Virus record (IMG/VR): IMGVR_UViG_3300008261_000059
Span: 57,720-77,719 of that record
Strand: one strand, 5' to 3'
DNA length: 20,000 nucleotides
From: an uncultured virus (IMG/VR IMGVR_UViG_3300008261_000059)
Lineage: Duplodnaviria; Heunggongvirae; Uroviricota; Caudoviricetes
In this document: positions 1 to 7,819 of the stretch, piece after piece
How the letters are laid out: the number at the start of each line of letters is the position of its first letter
Position numbering within the stretch: the first letter of the stretch is position 1
Notes under the pieces: generated by a model
The model's input: only the letters and a program-made list of their open reading frames with translations
The model's database searches: none
Told to the model about the DNA's origin: nothing
Translations under genes and position numbers: made by a program

Positions 1-91
1 GATTGTAATGTTTCATCCCTTGAGTGCAAACAAGTTCAAGAACATCAAAGTTCTTTTGACAATAACCGTAGGTGTCAAGTTTAAGCATCAT
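1..91 (-). CDS. hypothetical protein, truncated by window edge (MMLKLDTYGYCQKNFDVL...)
   Basis: ATG overlaps the TGA of the upstream ORF; frame open to position 1. Confidence 0.55.
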   Translation of the reverse strand, partial: MMLKLDTYGYCQKNFDVLELVCTQGMKHYN

Positions 92-321
92 CAATAAGAC
101 TCGATTTCGGCAAGTTTCTTTTGTTGACGCAGTTCTTTTACAATCATTTGGAGTTCAGAAATGTCTTCATTCAGAATAGTAAGGTCATCATACATCATTT
201 CTGCTTGATAAGCACTCCTGCACTTTTTGTATTGCTTGGAAAGTTTATCGAACTTTTTCTTTGCTTCCTTGAGGTCTTTTTCATACTCGGGAAGTGTTTT
301 TTCGAATTGTTGATAATTCAT
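91..321 (-). CDS. hypothetical coiled-coil protein
   Basis: 76 aa ORF with ATGA coupling to the upstream ORF; helical K/E-rich sequence. Confidence 0.75.
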   Translation of the reverse strand: MNYQQFEKTLPEYEKDLKEAKKKFDKLSKQYKKCRSAYQAEMMYDDLTILNEDISELQMIVKELRQQKKLAEIESY

Positions 322-443
322 TTGAGATAAGGACTAGACCAGTAAGAACGAAAAACGGAATAAACGATAACAACAGTGCTGATAACACCAACCAAACCGA
401 TAAAGGTAATGGCATCACTTGTAACTGCGTAAGTTTCGGGCAT
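318..443 (-). CDS. small single-TM protein (MPETYAVTSDAITFIGLVGVISTVVIVYSVFRSYWSSPYLK)
   Basis: Manually translated 41 aa ORF with GAGGT RBS, directly downstream of promoter copy 1. Confidence 0.7.
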   Translation of the reverse strand: MPETYAVTSDAITFIGLVGVISTVVIVYSVFRSYWSSPYLK

Positions 444-466
444 AACCTCGACTTGTTTACCTTGTA

Positions 467-525
467 ATCATAGCACCTTTGAGGTGCGGAATCAAGTGAA
501 AATGGACAGTCCAAAAACCGTCCAT
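467..525 (-). promoter_or_regulatory. repeated putative early promoter, copy 1
   Basis: TATGAT at 467-472; palindromic box ATGGACAGT-N6-ACCGTCCAT at 502-525; 29-nt spacer. Confidence 0.75.
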
Positions 526-545
526 CGTTATACATATGTATTCAA

Positions 546-836
546 TCAACCAACCACTTTTTGGTAGGTAATCCGAATATCTTGTGCGAAATCATCTCGT
601 TTCTGTTGCGTAGTAAGGTTTGCAACTACGAATCGAATAGTTGCATAAACACCCACAACTTGCATCAGGGAATTGAAAACAGGGATGCTATCAACAATCT
701 CTACAAGTCCATGAAGAAGAACTTGAGAGACAATAACTACAGCAAAGATGCCAGCAGTCAGTCCAACTTTCTTTAGCACATCATCAGTCACATTTTCAGT
801 GTAGAAGTCTTTAACAGTGGAAAAATCAAATTGCAT
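546..836 (-). CDS. CAAD-domain / CURT1 (CurT)-like thylakoid membrane protein
   Basis: Two hydrophobic helices joined by VDSIPVFNSLMQVVG, then RFVVANL..QQKRDDF..I...YQKVVG; matches the CAAD pattern (AIdsiPll..lleLVG..WFvyrnL...R..l....vlG). Confidence 0.75.
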   Translation of the reverse strand: MQFDFSTVKDFYTENVTDDVLKKVGLTAGIFAVVIVSQVLLHGLVEIVDSIPVFNSLMQVVGVYATIRFVVANLTTQQKRDDFAQDIRITYQKVVG

Positions 837-852
837 TGTTTTGGAAAATAAA

Positions 853-1020
853 TTACTTGTCAAAAATTTCTAGGAACTTATCAATCTCTTCAATCTTTGC
901 AGTATAGTCTGCAACTAGGTCTGCGTGGGGATAATTATAGTATTCTGGTCGTTTCATGCAATCGAGCAAATGTTGCTTAACTGCCTTTCTGATTTCACAT
1001 TCAATTTGTATTCCAGACAT
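853..1020 (-). CDS. hypothetical protein (55 aa, MSGIQIECEIRKAVKQ...)
   Basis: Manually translated; abuts the stop codon of the upstream ORF. Confidence 0.65.
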   Translation of the reverse strand: MSGIQIECEIRKAVKQHLLDCMKRPEYYNYPHADLVADYTAKIEEIDKFLEIFDK

Positions 1021-1326
1021 TTATTCTTCAGTAGGTACTGGTGGAGGAGGAGGTACTGGGGCAATAGGTTTTTGAACAACTACTGGTTTTTGTTCAATCT
1101 GAGTAGGTGCTACCTGATTGTTGGGAACTACAATTTCCGAAGTTTCAGCAGGAGCAGGGATTGATGTTTGTTCAATTTTCTGTTCAAGTTGCTCAATCTT
1201 TTGGTCCAGAACACTTGGAGGAACTTCCGAATTTGATTGTGCTAATTTCCAACCAGCAGTCGCAGCACCAAAAATACTAGCAAGTGCTGCAACTACAGAA
1301 ATAGTAGATTGAAACTTACTCACCAT
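1021..1326 (-). CDS. membrane-anchored protein with coiled coil and Pro-rich tail
   Basis: N-terminal hydrophobic helix; PVPPPPPVP C-terminus. Confidence 0.7.
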   Translation of the reverse strand: MVSKFQSTISVVAALASIFGAATAGWKLAQSNSEVPPSVLDQKIEQLEQKIEQTSIPAPAETSEIVVPNNQVAPTQIEQKPVVVQKPIAPVPPPPPVPTEE

Positions 1327-1583
1327 TCACCTCGTTGAATCAGAATCTTTTTGATTTCGTTAAAAATAAACTTCTTAAGTTTTGCATCATCAGTTGCTAC
1401 ATAAGCACTATGTAAACGATGCAGGTACTCCTCTTGAGTGCTGAGTTTGACTACCTTTACATTAGTCACACCAAGGTCACGCATCGGAGAACCTGCTTTT
1501 ACTTTAGCACGTCCGAAGTTTCCAGATACAACACCTTGAGTGCGGAGTTTGGGTTTGATTTTGGAGAGATTTGAGTCCGTCAT
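1320..1583 (-). CDS. basic hypothetical phage protein
   Basis: 87 aa ORF directly downstream of promoter copy 2. Confidence 0.75.
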   Translation of the reverse strand: MTDSNLSKIKPKLRTQGVVSGNFGRAKVKAGSPMRDLGVTNVKVVKLSTQEEYLHRLHSAYVATDDAKLKKFIFNEIKKILIQRGEW

Positions 1584-1605
1584 TACCCTTTTTGAGGATG
1601 CTCTT

Positions 1606-1663
1606 ATTATAGGGCAAAACCGACCCCGTGGGAGGGGTGCTGTGCCAGTTCCATAAGTGTCAG
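1606..1663 (-). promoter_or_regulatory. repeated putative early promoter, copy 2
   Basis: TATAAT at 1606-1611; TGTGCCAGTTccatAAGTGTCAG from 1641. Confidence 0.8.
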
Positions 1664-1827
1664 TCGGTGGTCAAATGACGGTACTGTAATTTATCCATAT
1701 AATGATAAATTGTATTATCATTATAAAACTCATAGAACCTTTGTGGGTTCCTTTCTCTCATCTTTGTCAACATATTCACCCATTGATAATCACAATCAAT
1801 TTCATATCCAATGTGTCTCTCATTCAT
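1660..1827 (-). CDS. hypothetical protein (55 aa, MNERHIGYEIDCDYQW...)
   Basis: Manually translated; coupled to the upstream ORF. Confidence 0.6.
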   Translation of the reverse strand: MNERHIGYEIDCDYQWVNMLTKMRERNPQRFYEFYNDNTIYHYMDKLQYRHLTTD

Positions 1828-1920
1828 TTTTATTTCTCTCGTCTAGATAATCAAATAATGGTGAATACAGAACAAAAAAGAACCAAGCAAAAGAAGCAGA
1901 GATGATTAGAAGGTAAATCA

Positions 1921-2100
1921 TCACCAAGGACCAACGTTTTTATAATACTCTGGATTTTCTGCTTTCATCATCTTCAGCAGGACACGATTTAGAAAAGGAT
2001 AATGTGGTTCCCAAACTGAGAGTGAACCTGCATCTGCACAAGACCGAATTGCCTTATATGCGGAATCATATTCTTCTTGAGTCAGTTCAATGCTAATCAT
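1921..2100 (-). CDS. hypothetical protein (59 aa, MISIELTQEEYDSAYKAIR...)
   Basis: Manually translated; ATGA overlap with the upstream ORF. Confidence 0.65.
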   Translation of the reverse strand: MISIELTQEEYDSAYKAIRSCADAGSLSVWEPHYPFLNRVLLKMMKAENPEYYKNVGPW

Positions 2101-2249
2101 CGTTTCAACAAAGCAAGTTGACGTTCAAACTCAAACTTCATTGGAAGAAGATGAGATACAAAAAAATGCTCGTATTCATTTCCTTCAACAATCTTTGATA
2201 GATTGTTAATCTGAATAAGAGCAAGATTGAACTTAATTTGTTTATCCAT
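2097..2249 (-). CDS. hypothetical protein (50 aa, MDKQIKFNLALIQINNL...)
   Basis: Manually translated; first ORF after promoter copy 3. Confidence 0.65.
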   Translation of the reverse strand: MDKQIKFNLALIQINNLSKIVEGNEYEHFFVSHLLPMKFEFERQLALLKR

Positions 2250-2271
2250 TAGTGAGTTGTTTCATACCCCT

Positions 2272-2329
2272 ATTATAGGGCATCCAAGTCCCCACCGTGC
2301 CTATCAGTGGACAGTTCAAATGCTGGTTC
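2272..2329 (-). promoter_or_regulatory. repeated putative early promoter, copy 3 (inside the 3' end of a CDS)
   Basis: TATAAT at 2272-2277; GTGGACAGTT from 2307. Confidence 0.75.
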
Positions 2330-2479
2330 AACATACCCAATCTTTACATCTGCAAAGAAATTGTTTAGGATTTCATCGCAGAGTTGGTATTTCCTACTAC
2401 TCAATGAAACAGAGTTCATCTGATATTGACGCACTGCATCATAGATTACTTTTTTGTGTTCTTTAGAGAGTTCATTCAT
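2273..2479 (-). CDS. hypothetical protein, paralog of 2476-2637
   Basis: MNELSKEHKKVIYDAVRQYQ... resembles the neighbouring ORF. Confidence 0.7.
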   Translation of the reverse strand: MNELSKEHKKVIYDAVRQYQMNSVSLSSRKYQLCDEILNNFFADVKIGYVEPAFELSTDRHGGDLDAL

Positions 2480-2637
2480 CGCACTTGCTCTTTTCGTTGT
2501 GTATAAGTCAAATCAAACAAAGTAGTCAGAATATCAACACAATCATTATATAATTGTATGTCTTGAATGTTATTATGTTGATATTTGCGAACAGCAGCAA
2601 CAACTATTTCCAATTGTTCTTTACTGAGATTGTTCAT
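2476..2637 (-). CDS. hypothetical protein (53 aa, MNNLSKEQLEIVVAAVRKYQ...)
   Basis: Manually translated; ATGA coupling. Confidence 0.7.
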   Translation of the reverse strand: MNNLSKEQLEIVVAAVRKYQHNNIQDIQLYNDCVDILTTLFDLTYTQRKEQVR

Positions 2638-2776
2638 TTTTCAGTTTATCAAGATGGTCGGTAATTGCTTTAGTAAAATCTTCTTCAGTCCAATCATTTA
2701 AGATACTTTCAGTTGGGTCATTCTCATCCCAACTGATTGTAAATGTTCCATCATCTTCTTCTTTACATTCAATCAT
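2621..2776 (-). CDS. acidic hypothetical protein (51 aa, MIECKEEDDGTFTISWDENDP...)
   Basis: Manually translated; overlaps both neighbours. Confidence 0.65.
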   Translation of the reverse strand: MIECKEEDDGTFTISWDENDPTESILNDWTEEDFTKAITDHLDKLKNEQSQ

Positions 2777-2987
2777 TTTCTGTCTCCCAAGGTGCTTTAC
2801 GATTCATAATCTCTCTAAATCTTTCTACTGCTTTTGGGTCTGGTGGTTTATTGATTGCTTCTACAAGAGCATCATATGCTTCTTTGCTTACATACATCTT
2901 TTGTGGTTTCATACCAAGATGCTTGAGACACTTTCGTTCGTATCTCCACTCTTTATACCTATACCACAATGACCATAGAAAATTCAT
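2769..2987 (-). CDS. hypothetical protein
   Basis: 72 aa ORF, coupled. Confidence 0.65.
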   Translation of the reverse strand: MNFLWSLWYRYKEWRYERKCLKHLGMKPQKMYVSKEAYDALVEAINKPPDPKAVERFREIMNRKAPWETEND

Positions 2988-3199
2988 CTTTTAAGTACCT
3001 CAGAATAATATGGGTCTCTTCCTGATAGATTATATGGGTCAAAACCTGGTTGAGACATTATATATTCATCTGTCATTTGCATAAATCCACTTGATAGTTC
3101 TTCAAAAAACATAAGTCTATCAATATTATCATCCAAATTCAAACGAGCGTCAATACAATTCTTCCAAGACCAATAGATATCATCAATCCACTGTTTCAT
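2984..3199 (-). CDS. hypothetical protein
   Basis: ORF track entry with start refined to MKQWIDD. Confidence 0.6.
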   Translation of the reverse strand: MKQWIDDIYWSWKNCIDARLNLDDNIDRLMFFEELSSGFMQMTDEYIMSQPGFDPYNLSGRDPYYSEVLKR

Positions 3200-3368
3200 C
3201 TGAGTAATTAACATAGAGATTGTCACCACCAATGTTTAGATGAAAAATTTGCCCGTTGTTGAGATAGATTCCCAACCATACCGCACGACCTTCTTCCATT
3301 GTTTCATAATGGACCATCTTCACATCTTCCAGAACAATCTCATCTGGATTCTTTACAAAACGACTCAT
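3183..3368 (-). CDS. hypothetical protein
   Basis: 61 aa ORF with ATGA coupling. Confidence 0.65.
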   Translation of the reverse strand: MSRFVKNPDEIVLEDVKMVHYETMEEGRAVWLGIYLNNGQIFHLNIGGDNLYVNYSDETVD

Positions 3369-3661
3369 CGCATTACCTCTGTTGCACTTGCATCACCGTA
3401 GTTCAGATAACCAAAACGTTCCATAACATAACCCTCAAAGTCAGTAGCATCAGATTCGGCAACATAATGCCCACCATTGTTATCACTCTCAGTATAGTTT
3501 CCAAGATAGTCATTGAAAACCATAAAGATTGCTGCTGCCTTTGCCCTTTCAGCATCGGTAGTAATCACGAGAGGATAAGTAATAATCTTTGTGATACACT
3601 CAAACAGTTCTTCACGAGTGTAAGAAAATGCTTTTGCTTCTGGATTAAGGTCGTAAGTCAT
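3365..3661 (-). CDS. hypothetical protein
   Basis: Start refined to MTYDLNP. Confidence 0.7.
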   Translation of the reverse strand: MTYDLNPEAKAFSYTREELFECITKIITYPLVITTDAERAKAAAIFMVFNDYLGNYTESDNNGGHYVAESDATDFEGYVMERFGYLNYGDASATEVMR

Positions 3662-3785
3662 CAGGATACAAGAACGAGGATTAGAACAATAACAAAACCC
3701 CAAGGAATATTCAAACTAATGACTTCTCCCTTGTCGTTTCTGTCGGCATATGGAACAAAAAACTTGATAATATCAAGTGTGTTCA

Positions 3786-4025
3786 TCAACCAACTCCATA
3801 TGCTTCAAGAATCCCACGAGCAAGAGCAATTGCCAAATCCTTCTGTGCGATACTCATATCTTCACGAGCACCACCAGAACAAGAAGTAATGAAAATACCA
3901 GCATTATCTACCGTGAGTTCTACTCGTTCAGTTTCATTCTCATCAGCAGGATTAGTCCAAGTAAAGACATCAATCTTACTGCGGAGCACATCAGTTCCAG
4001 GCAGTAAAGTGTAGAAGTTAGACAT
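3786..4025 (-). CDS. hypothetical protein
   Basis: 79 aa; first ORF after promoter copy 4. Confidence 0.7.
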   Translation of the reverse strand: MSNFYTLLPGTDVLRSKIDVFTWTNPADENETERVELTVDNAGIFITSCSGGAREDMSIAQKDLAIALARGILEAYGVG

Positions 4026-4048
4026 TAGAGTTCTGTGTGTATGAGTGT

Positions 4049-4107
4049 ATTATAAGGCATCAAGGTCGGTTCTGGTGTGTCCTTGTGACGGTTGTTCAGG
4101 TGTCACA
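4049..4107 (-). promoter_or_regulatory. repeated putative early promoter, copy 4 (inside the 3' end of a CDS)
   Basis: TATAAT at 4049-4054; TGTGACGGTTgttcAGGTGTCACA from 4084. Confidence 0.8.
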
Positions 4108-4406
4108 AGACTTCTCAACACCTTACGAAGAAACTGAATAGAACCATAAAACTCTTGACCATCTTGCCCACCAATCACAATCCAATCAACCTCTTCTAAT
4201 GCAAGTCGGATTTTCTCATTTGTGGTGAGTTCCTCAAATGATTTCTTTGCAAGTTCCTCTCTTTCTTTCCATTCAATAGCAGCAAGTTGTTGTAGAGCAT
4301 CACCATTTTCATCCATCAGTTTTTCTACTGCTTCCCATGCTTTGTTTTCTGCTTCTCTTTGAGCAGCAATCTCAAGCATTTCTTCGTGTGTAGGATGGTC
4401 AGTCAT
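4050..4406 (-). CDS. hypothetical protein
   Basis: Start refined to MTDHPTHEE. Confidence 0.7.
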   Translation of the reverse strand: MTDHPTHEEMLEIAAQREAENKAWEAVEKLMDENGDALQQLAAIEWKEREELAKKSFEELTTNEKIRLALEEVDWIVIGGQDGQEFYGSIQFLRKVLRSLVTPEQPSQGHTRTDLDAL

Positions 4407-4587
4407 TTTGTTCTGCCTCGTATGATTGTTGAAATTCAAGTTGTCGTTCAAGTGCTTCAATACGATTTGTAAGGTCAGTCAATACAGAAATCAGAGAACG
4501 ATAATCAATCGTTTCAGTATCATTTCCATACTCCATATCTGTGTAATTGGAATAAAGGAGTTGGTTTGCCATATCGTTGCTATTCAT
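4399..4587 (-). CDS. hypothetical protein
   Basis: Start refined to MNSNDMAN. Confidence 0.6.
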   Translation of the reverse strand: MNSNDMANQLLYSNYTDMEYGNDTETIDYRSLISVLTDLTNRIEALERQLEFQQSYEAEQND

Positions 4588-4843
4588 TATAAAATACGAA
4601 TCCAGTTGCTGTCTGTTCATCGTAGTAATAATACTCTTGAAAGACTCCATTTGTAAAGTCTTCAAGTGTTTCTAATTCATCACTACCTGTTGAGTGATAG
4701 CAGTCTTCTACAAAGTTTTCAAATGACCCAACAGGACCACAGAACCTATCGGGAAACTTTTCTATGCTTTTATCAGGGAACAGTTCATAGTATGTGTCTA
4801 ATACTTCCTGCCCGTATTCTTCTAGGATTTCTTCAAGAGTCAT
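4580..4843 (-). CDS. acidic protein, possibly ArdA-like (antirestriction) C-terminal domain
   Basis: Very acidic; FPDRFCGPVGSFENFVEDCY...YYYY...GFVF resembles the ArdA F..xY.G..dS.edFaee...G.VF pattern. Confidence 0.45.
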   Translation of the reverse strand: MTLEEILEEYGQEVLDTYYELFPDKSIEKFPDRFCGPVGSFENFVEDCYHSTGSDELETLEDFTNGVFQEYYYYDEQTATGFVFYNE

Positions 4844-5034
4844 ACATTCCACTCTCTTGCTTCCCAATCCATCAGACACATATTAGTTTGTTGCTTGTCT
4901 GTGTAGTTATCATAAGCATATTGTCGGCACTCTTCTTCTGTGCCCTCAAATAGCATTTCATAAAGTTTATGGTCTCCATCATAGGTAAACTTATAAAGTC
5001 CCCACTCATCATAGCAGTCAGGAAAGAAAGGCAT
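4840..5034 (-). CDS. hypothetical protein
   Basis: 64 aa ORF, coupled. Confidence 0.65.
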   Translation of the reverse strand: MPFFPDCYDEWGLYKFTYDGDHKLYEMLFEGTEEECRQYAYDNYTDKQQTNMCLMDWEAREWNV

Positions 5035-5279
5035 TAGAGTTCCTCCACCTCCAATTCAACAGCAAGGTTCAGTATAGCATCCTTTACCCAGTTCTGTCCT
5101 TTGATGAAATAATGTTTTTCCATACTCAACTCTCGCTCAGGGTCTGGTTCAATATTGAGACCTTCTACTGCTTCACGAAGAGCAGCAGCAACGGCAGAAT
5201 TATCATAATAATATGGACCTGGACCCAACTTACTATAATACTCATTCATTACTTGTTGTGCTCTGGTTTTTCTACTCAT
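5034..5279 (-). CDS. hypothetical protein (RAQ..MNE paralog family)
   Basis: 81 aa; similar to 6127-6354 and 11518-11709. Confidence 0.7.
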   Translation of the reverse strand: MSRKTRAQQVMNEYYSKLGPGPYYYDNSAVAAALREAVEGLNIEPDPERELSMEKHYFIKGQNWVKDAILNLAVELEVEEL

Positions 5280-6127
5280 CGTAGTTTCTCCCTAATCATT
5301 CGGATACACTGATTCCATTTATAACTGTTAGTGTCGTGTTCTGTTGGCAACCACAAACTAATTTCATCTACCAAAGTCTCAATAGAAGTTTCCATATCCC
5401 AATCACTATGAGTTGTGAATACATCTTCCCACCAATCATAAATCAAATCAGTAAGATTTTGTGGTTTATTTTTTTCTCTCCATTCTTTGATAAGGTCAAG
5501 AGAGTTCTTGAAGTTCTTATCATTATCTTCCTCATCAATCAGTTTTTGAGTTTCTTTCCAGTTTTCTGTTTGTTGTGCTTTTATAAATGCCTCCCTCATT
5601 CCTTTTTCGGTTTCTTCAGGTGTTTGTGGTTTCAACCAATCTAATGGGTCTGTATCTGGATGTTCTTCACACCACTTCACACTCTCCTTCACAACTCTTT
5701 CTACATCCTTATGAAGTCGTTCTCCCCGTTCTTGTGCGGTTTCTTGATACTCTCCTACCTTATAATCTTTCTGTGCGGACTTATATCCATTCGCAAAGTG
5801 CATCCAAGTTGAACTTTTACGAATAGGGTCAGTATCTGGATAATAGGTATAAAGTCTCTTGAATGCTTCTTCTACTGGTGATTTTGTTTTTTCCAGTTCC
5901 TCCAAGAATGAGAGTTTGGATTGAAGCACTTTGATTTGTGCTTTTACTTCTTCAATTTCAGTCATAGGAGTTTCGTATTGTACGGGTTCGTCAGTCATTT
6001 TAACTTCCTTTACAGCATTATCTACAAGTTGTTGTGCTATTCTAGCACATTCTTCTTGTTCTTTCTTTCCAAGAGGTCCATAAACTTGTTCCATTAGTTG
6101 TTGAAAATCCTTTTCAATACCAAACAT
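5276..6127 (-). CDS. hypothetical protein, 283 aa, coiled-coil rich
   Basis: Longest ORF in the window; coupled at both ends. Confidence 0.8.
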   Translation of the reverse strand: MFGIEKDFQQLMEQVYGPLGKKEQEECARIAQQLVDNAVKEVKMTDEPVQYETPMTEIEEVKAQIKVLQSKLSFLEELEKTKSPVEEAFKRLYTYYPDTDPIRKSSTWMHFANGYKSAQKDYKVGEYQETAQERGERLHKDVERVVKESVKWCEEHPDTDPLDWLKPQTPEETEKGMREAFIKAQQTENWKETQKLIDEEDNDKNFKNSLDLIKEWREKNKPQNLTDLIYDWWEDVFTTHSDWDMETSIETLVDEISLWLPTEHDTNSYKWNQCIRMIREKLR

Positions 6128-6354
6128 TACAGGTTCTCCAATTCATCACATACATCAAGTATAGCACGAGCATCAAGCAGGAAATCCTCACCTTCAAGGC
6201 AGTTATAGTATTGGAGTTCAAATACTAACTCACGAAGAACATTAGCAACCGCATCATTATTGAGTTTTTGGATGATAAAATCCCGTCTTTCATTTGCGAA
6301 AGTAGAATAAAATTCATTCATAACTGCTTGTGCTACTTCTTTTTTGTCAGTCAT
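6127..6354 (-). CDS. hypothetical protein (RAQ..MNE paralog family)
   Basis: 75 aa, coupled. Confidence 0.7.
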   Translation of the reverse strand: MTDKKEVAQAVMNEFYSTFANERRDFIIQKLNNDAVANVLRELVFELQYYNCLEGEDFLLDARAILDVCDELENL

Positions 6355-6575
6355 AAGTTCTCCAATTCATCGTGCCAAGGGTAATAATAATCTACCTCAA
6401 TACATTCTAAAAGTGTGCGGGCAAACATAATCTCACCATAATCAGAACCATCTTCAAAAATATCCCAGTTATGGTGTGGATATTCATAATCTGGATTTAG
6501 ATTATAACAAGTTGGTTGTTCTGCGTAATTTTTGAGAACTTTGATGAGATGTGCGAATTTTTCGGTGTCAGTCAT
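6351..6575 (-). CDS. hypothetical protein
   Basis: Start refined to MTDTEKF. Confidence 0.7.
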   Translation of the reverse strand: MTDTEKFAHLIKVLKNYAEQPTCYNLNPDYEYPHHNWDIFEDGSDYGEIMFARTLLECIEVDYYYPWHDELENL

Positions 6576-6753
6576 AATCAACCTCCTCAAATCCACCAAT
6601 ACCAATATCTACAAAGGTAGAACCATCAACATCCTCAAAGAGTTGGAAATCAAAATCACCTTCATAGAAGTGATATTTGTGTCCATCAGTAATCCTTACT
6701 TCTTGGTCAAGTGGAAACTCTTTGAGTTTTTCAATAAATTCAGCAACAGTCAT
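6568..6753 (-). CDS. acidic hypothetical protein (MTVAEFIEKLKEFPLDQEV...)
   Basis: 61 aa; the MTV.ELI..L..FP.D.EV start is common in small phage proteins. Confidence 0.7.
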   Translation of the reverse strand: MTVAEFIEKLKEFPLDQEVRITDGHKYHFYEGDFDFQLFEDVDGSTFVDIGIGGFEEVDYD

Positions 6754-6923
6754 AATCTTACTTCTTTGAGTTTGTTAATCAATTCAGGCAACCAAAATTT
6801 ATCAATAGAGAGAATGTAATCACTTTCAGCATCATTAGGTTCTCCTAACCACACTTCAACAAAGTGCTCTTTACTAACAATATGAAATGGATTTTCTTTT
6901 AGTTTGGATTTGTTTTTAGTCAT
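6750..6923 (-). CDS. hypothetical protein
   Basis: Start refined to MTKNKSK. Confidence 0.6.
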   Translation of the reverse strand: MTKNKSKLKENPFHIVSKEHFVEVWLGEPNDAESDYILSIDKFWLPELINKLKEVRL

Positions 6924-7179
6924 TTTCCCATCCATCAAAGTATTCAGTAAAAAATCCAAATGCGAAACTAAATCTCTGTTGTTGAATATCTACACTCACA
7001 AGAGAACTACCAAAGAAAGAAAACAAGATGTTGATGCCACCAGAAGAATGAACGATACAACCAGGATTTGTACAATTCACCCATAGTAGTGCTCGGTTTT
7101 TGATGATACCAAACTGCCAAGTGTGGTCTACTACTTCACCATCATCATAAGTTTGTTTGGAATGCTCGTAGAGTTTCAT
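6916..7179 (-). CDS. hypothetical beta-rich protein (MKL.. paralog family)
   Basis: Weak similarity to 11950-12213 and 13470-13712. Confidence 0.6.
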   Translation of the reverse strand: MKLYEHSKQTYDDGEVVDHTWQFGIIKNRALLWVNCTNPGCIVHSSGGINILFSFFGSSLVSVDIQQQRFSFAFGFFTEYFDGWEND

Positions 7180-7454
7180 CAATAAGTCCAAGGAAGAGTT
7201 TTCAGTTCATCATCAGTAAATTGAACTCCATCATCAAGTCGTGCTTCGTTCTTATACAAATACCACTGCTTGAAGTTAGTAATATGTCCTCGCAAATCAC
7301 CATCCTCATCTACAAAATACACAAGGACATCACAATACTTGCTTCTGTCCCAAGTGAGAATAGTGCATTTACGAATGGGTGCCTTTTCAAATTCAGTATC
7401 ACCAAGTTTTCCAATAGGATAATCAGTGTAGGCATCAAGCATTTGAGGTGTCAT
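7179..7454 (-). CDS. hypothetical phage protein (AYTDYPI..LGD motif)
   Basis: 91 aa ORF, coupled. Confidence 0.75.
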   Translation of the reverse strand: MTPQMLDAYTDYPIGKLGDTEFEKAPIRKCTILTWDRSKYCDVLVYFVDEDGDLRGHITNFKQWYLYKNEARLDDGVQFTDDELKTLPWTY

Positions 7455-7596
7455 TTCAGTTCATCAACAAATTTGTTATACATCCAAGAGATTATGAGTG
7501 CCTGTCCCCAAGTAAGAGGAAAGAAAGACACAAGTGCCCAACCCATCAATCCCACAAAAATATAAAATCCAATTGCTTCCCCAATCTCGTGTTTAG

Positions 7597-7740
7597 TCAT
7601 TTCAATGCGTTTTGTCCGATTGTGTGTTGAACCACTCTCACTGCCATACGAAAGTTTCCAAAGTCCATAGTTTCATCATCCTCACAGAAGTCCTCAAAAA
7701 TCTTTTTGATTTGTTCGTCAGTGATTTGTGGGTCAATCAT
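7597..7740 (-). CDS. hypothetical protein
   Basis: Start refined to MIDPQIT, directly downstream of promoter copy 5. Confidence 0.65.
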   Translation of the reverse strand: MIDPQITDEQIKKIFEDFCEDDETMDFGNFRMAVRVVQHTIGQNALK

Positions 7741-7761
7741 CGGTTGGTTGCTTATGAGAGT

Positions 7762-7819
7762 ATTATAAGGCATCACAGGGGGCTTTGGAGTGTCCTTGTG
7801 CCAGTTCTTCAAGTGTCCT
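7762..7819 (-). promoter_or_regulatory. repeated putative early promoter, copy 5
   Basis: TATAAT at 7762-7767; TGTGCCAGTTcttcAAGTGTCCT from 7797. Confidence 0.85.

Noticed and set aside
281..535. 84-aa minus-strand ORF
   Set aside because: It spans promoter copy 1; the 41-aa ORF at 318-443 in another frame has an RBS and ATGA coupling and fits better.
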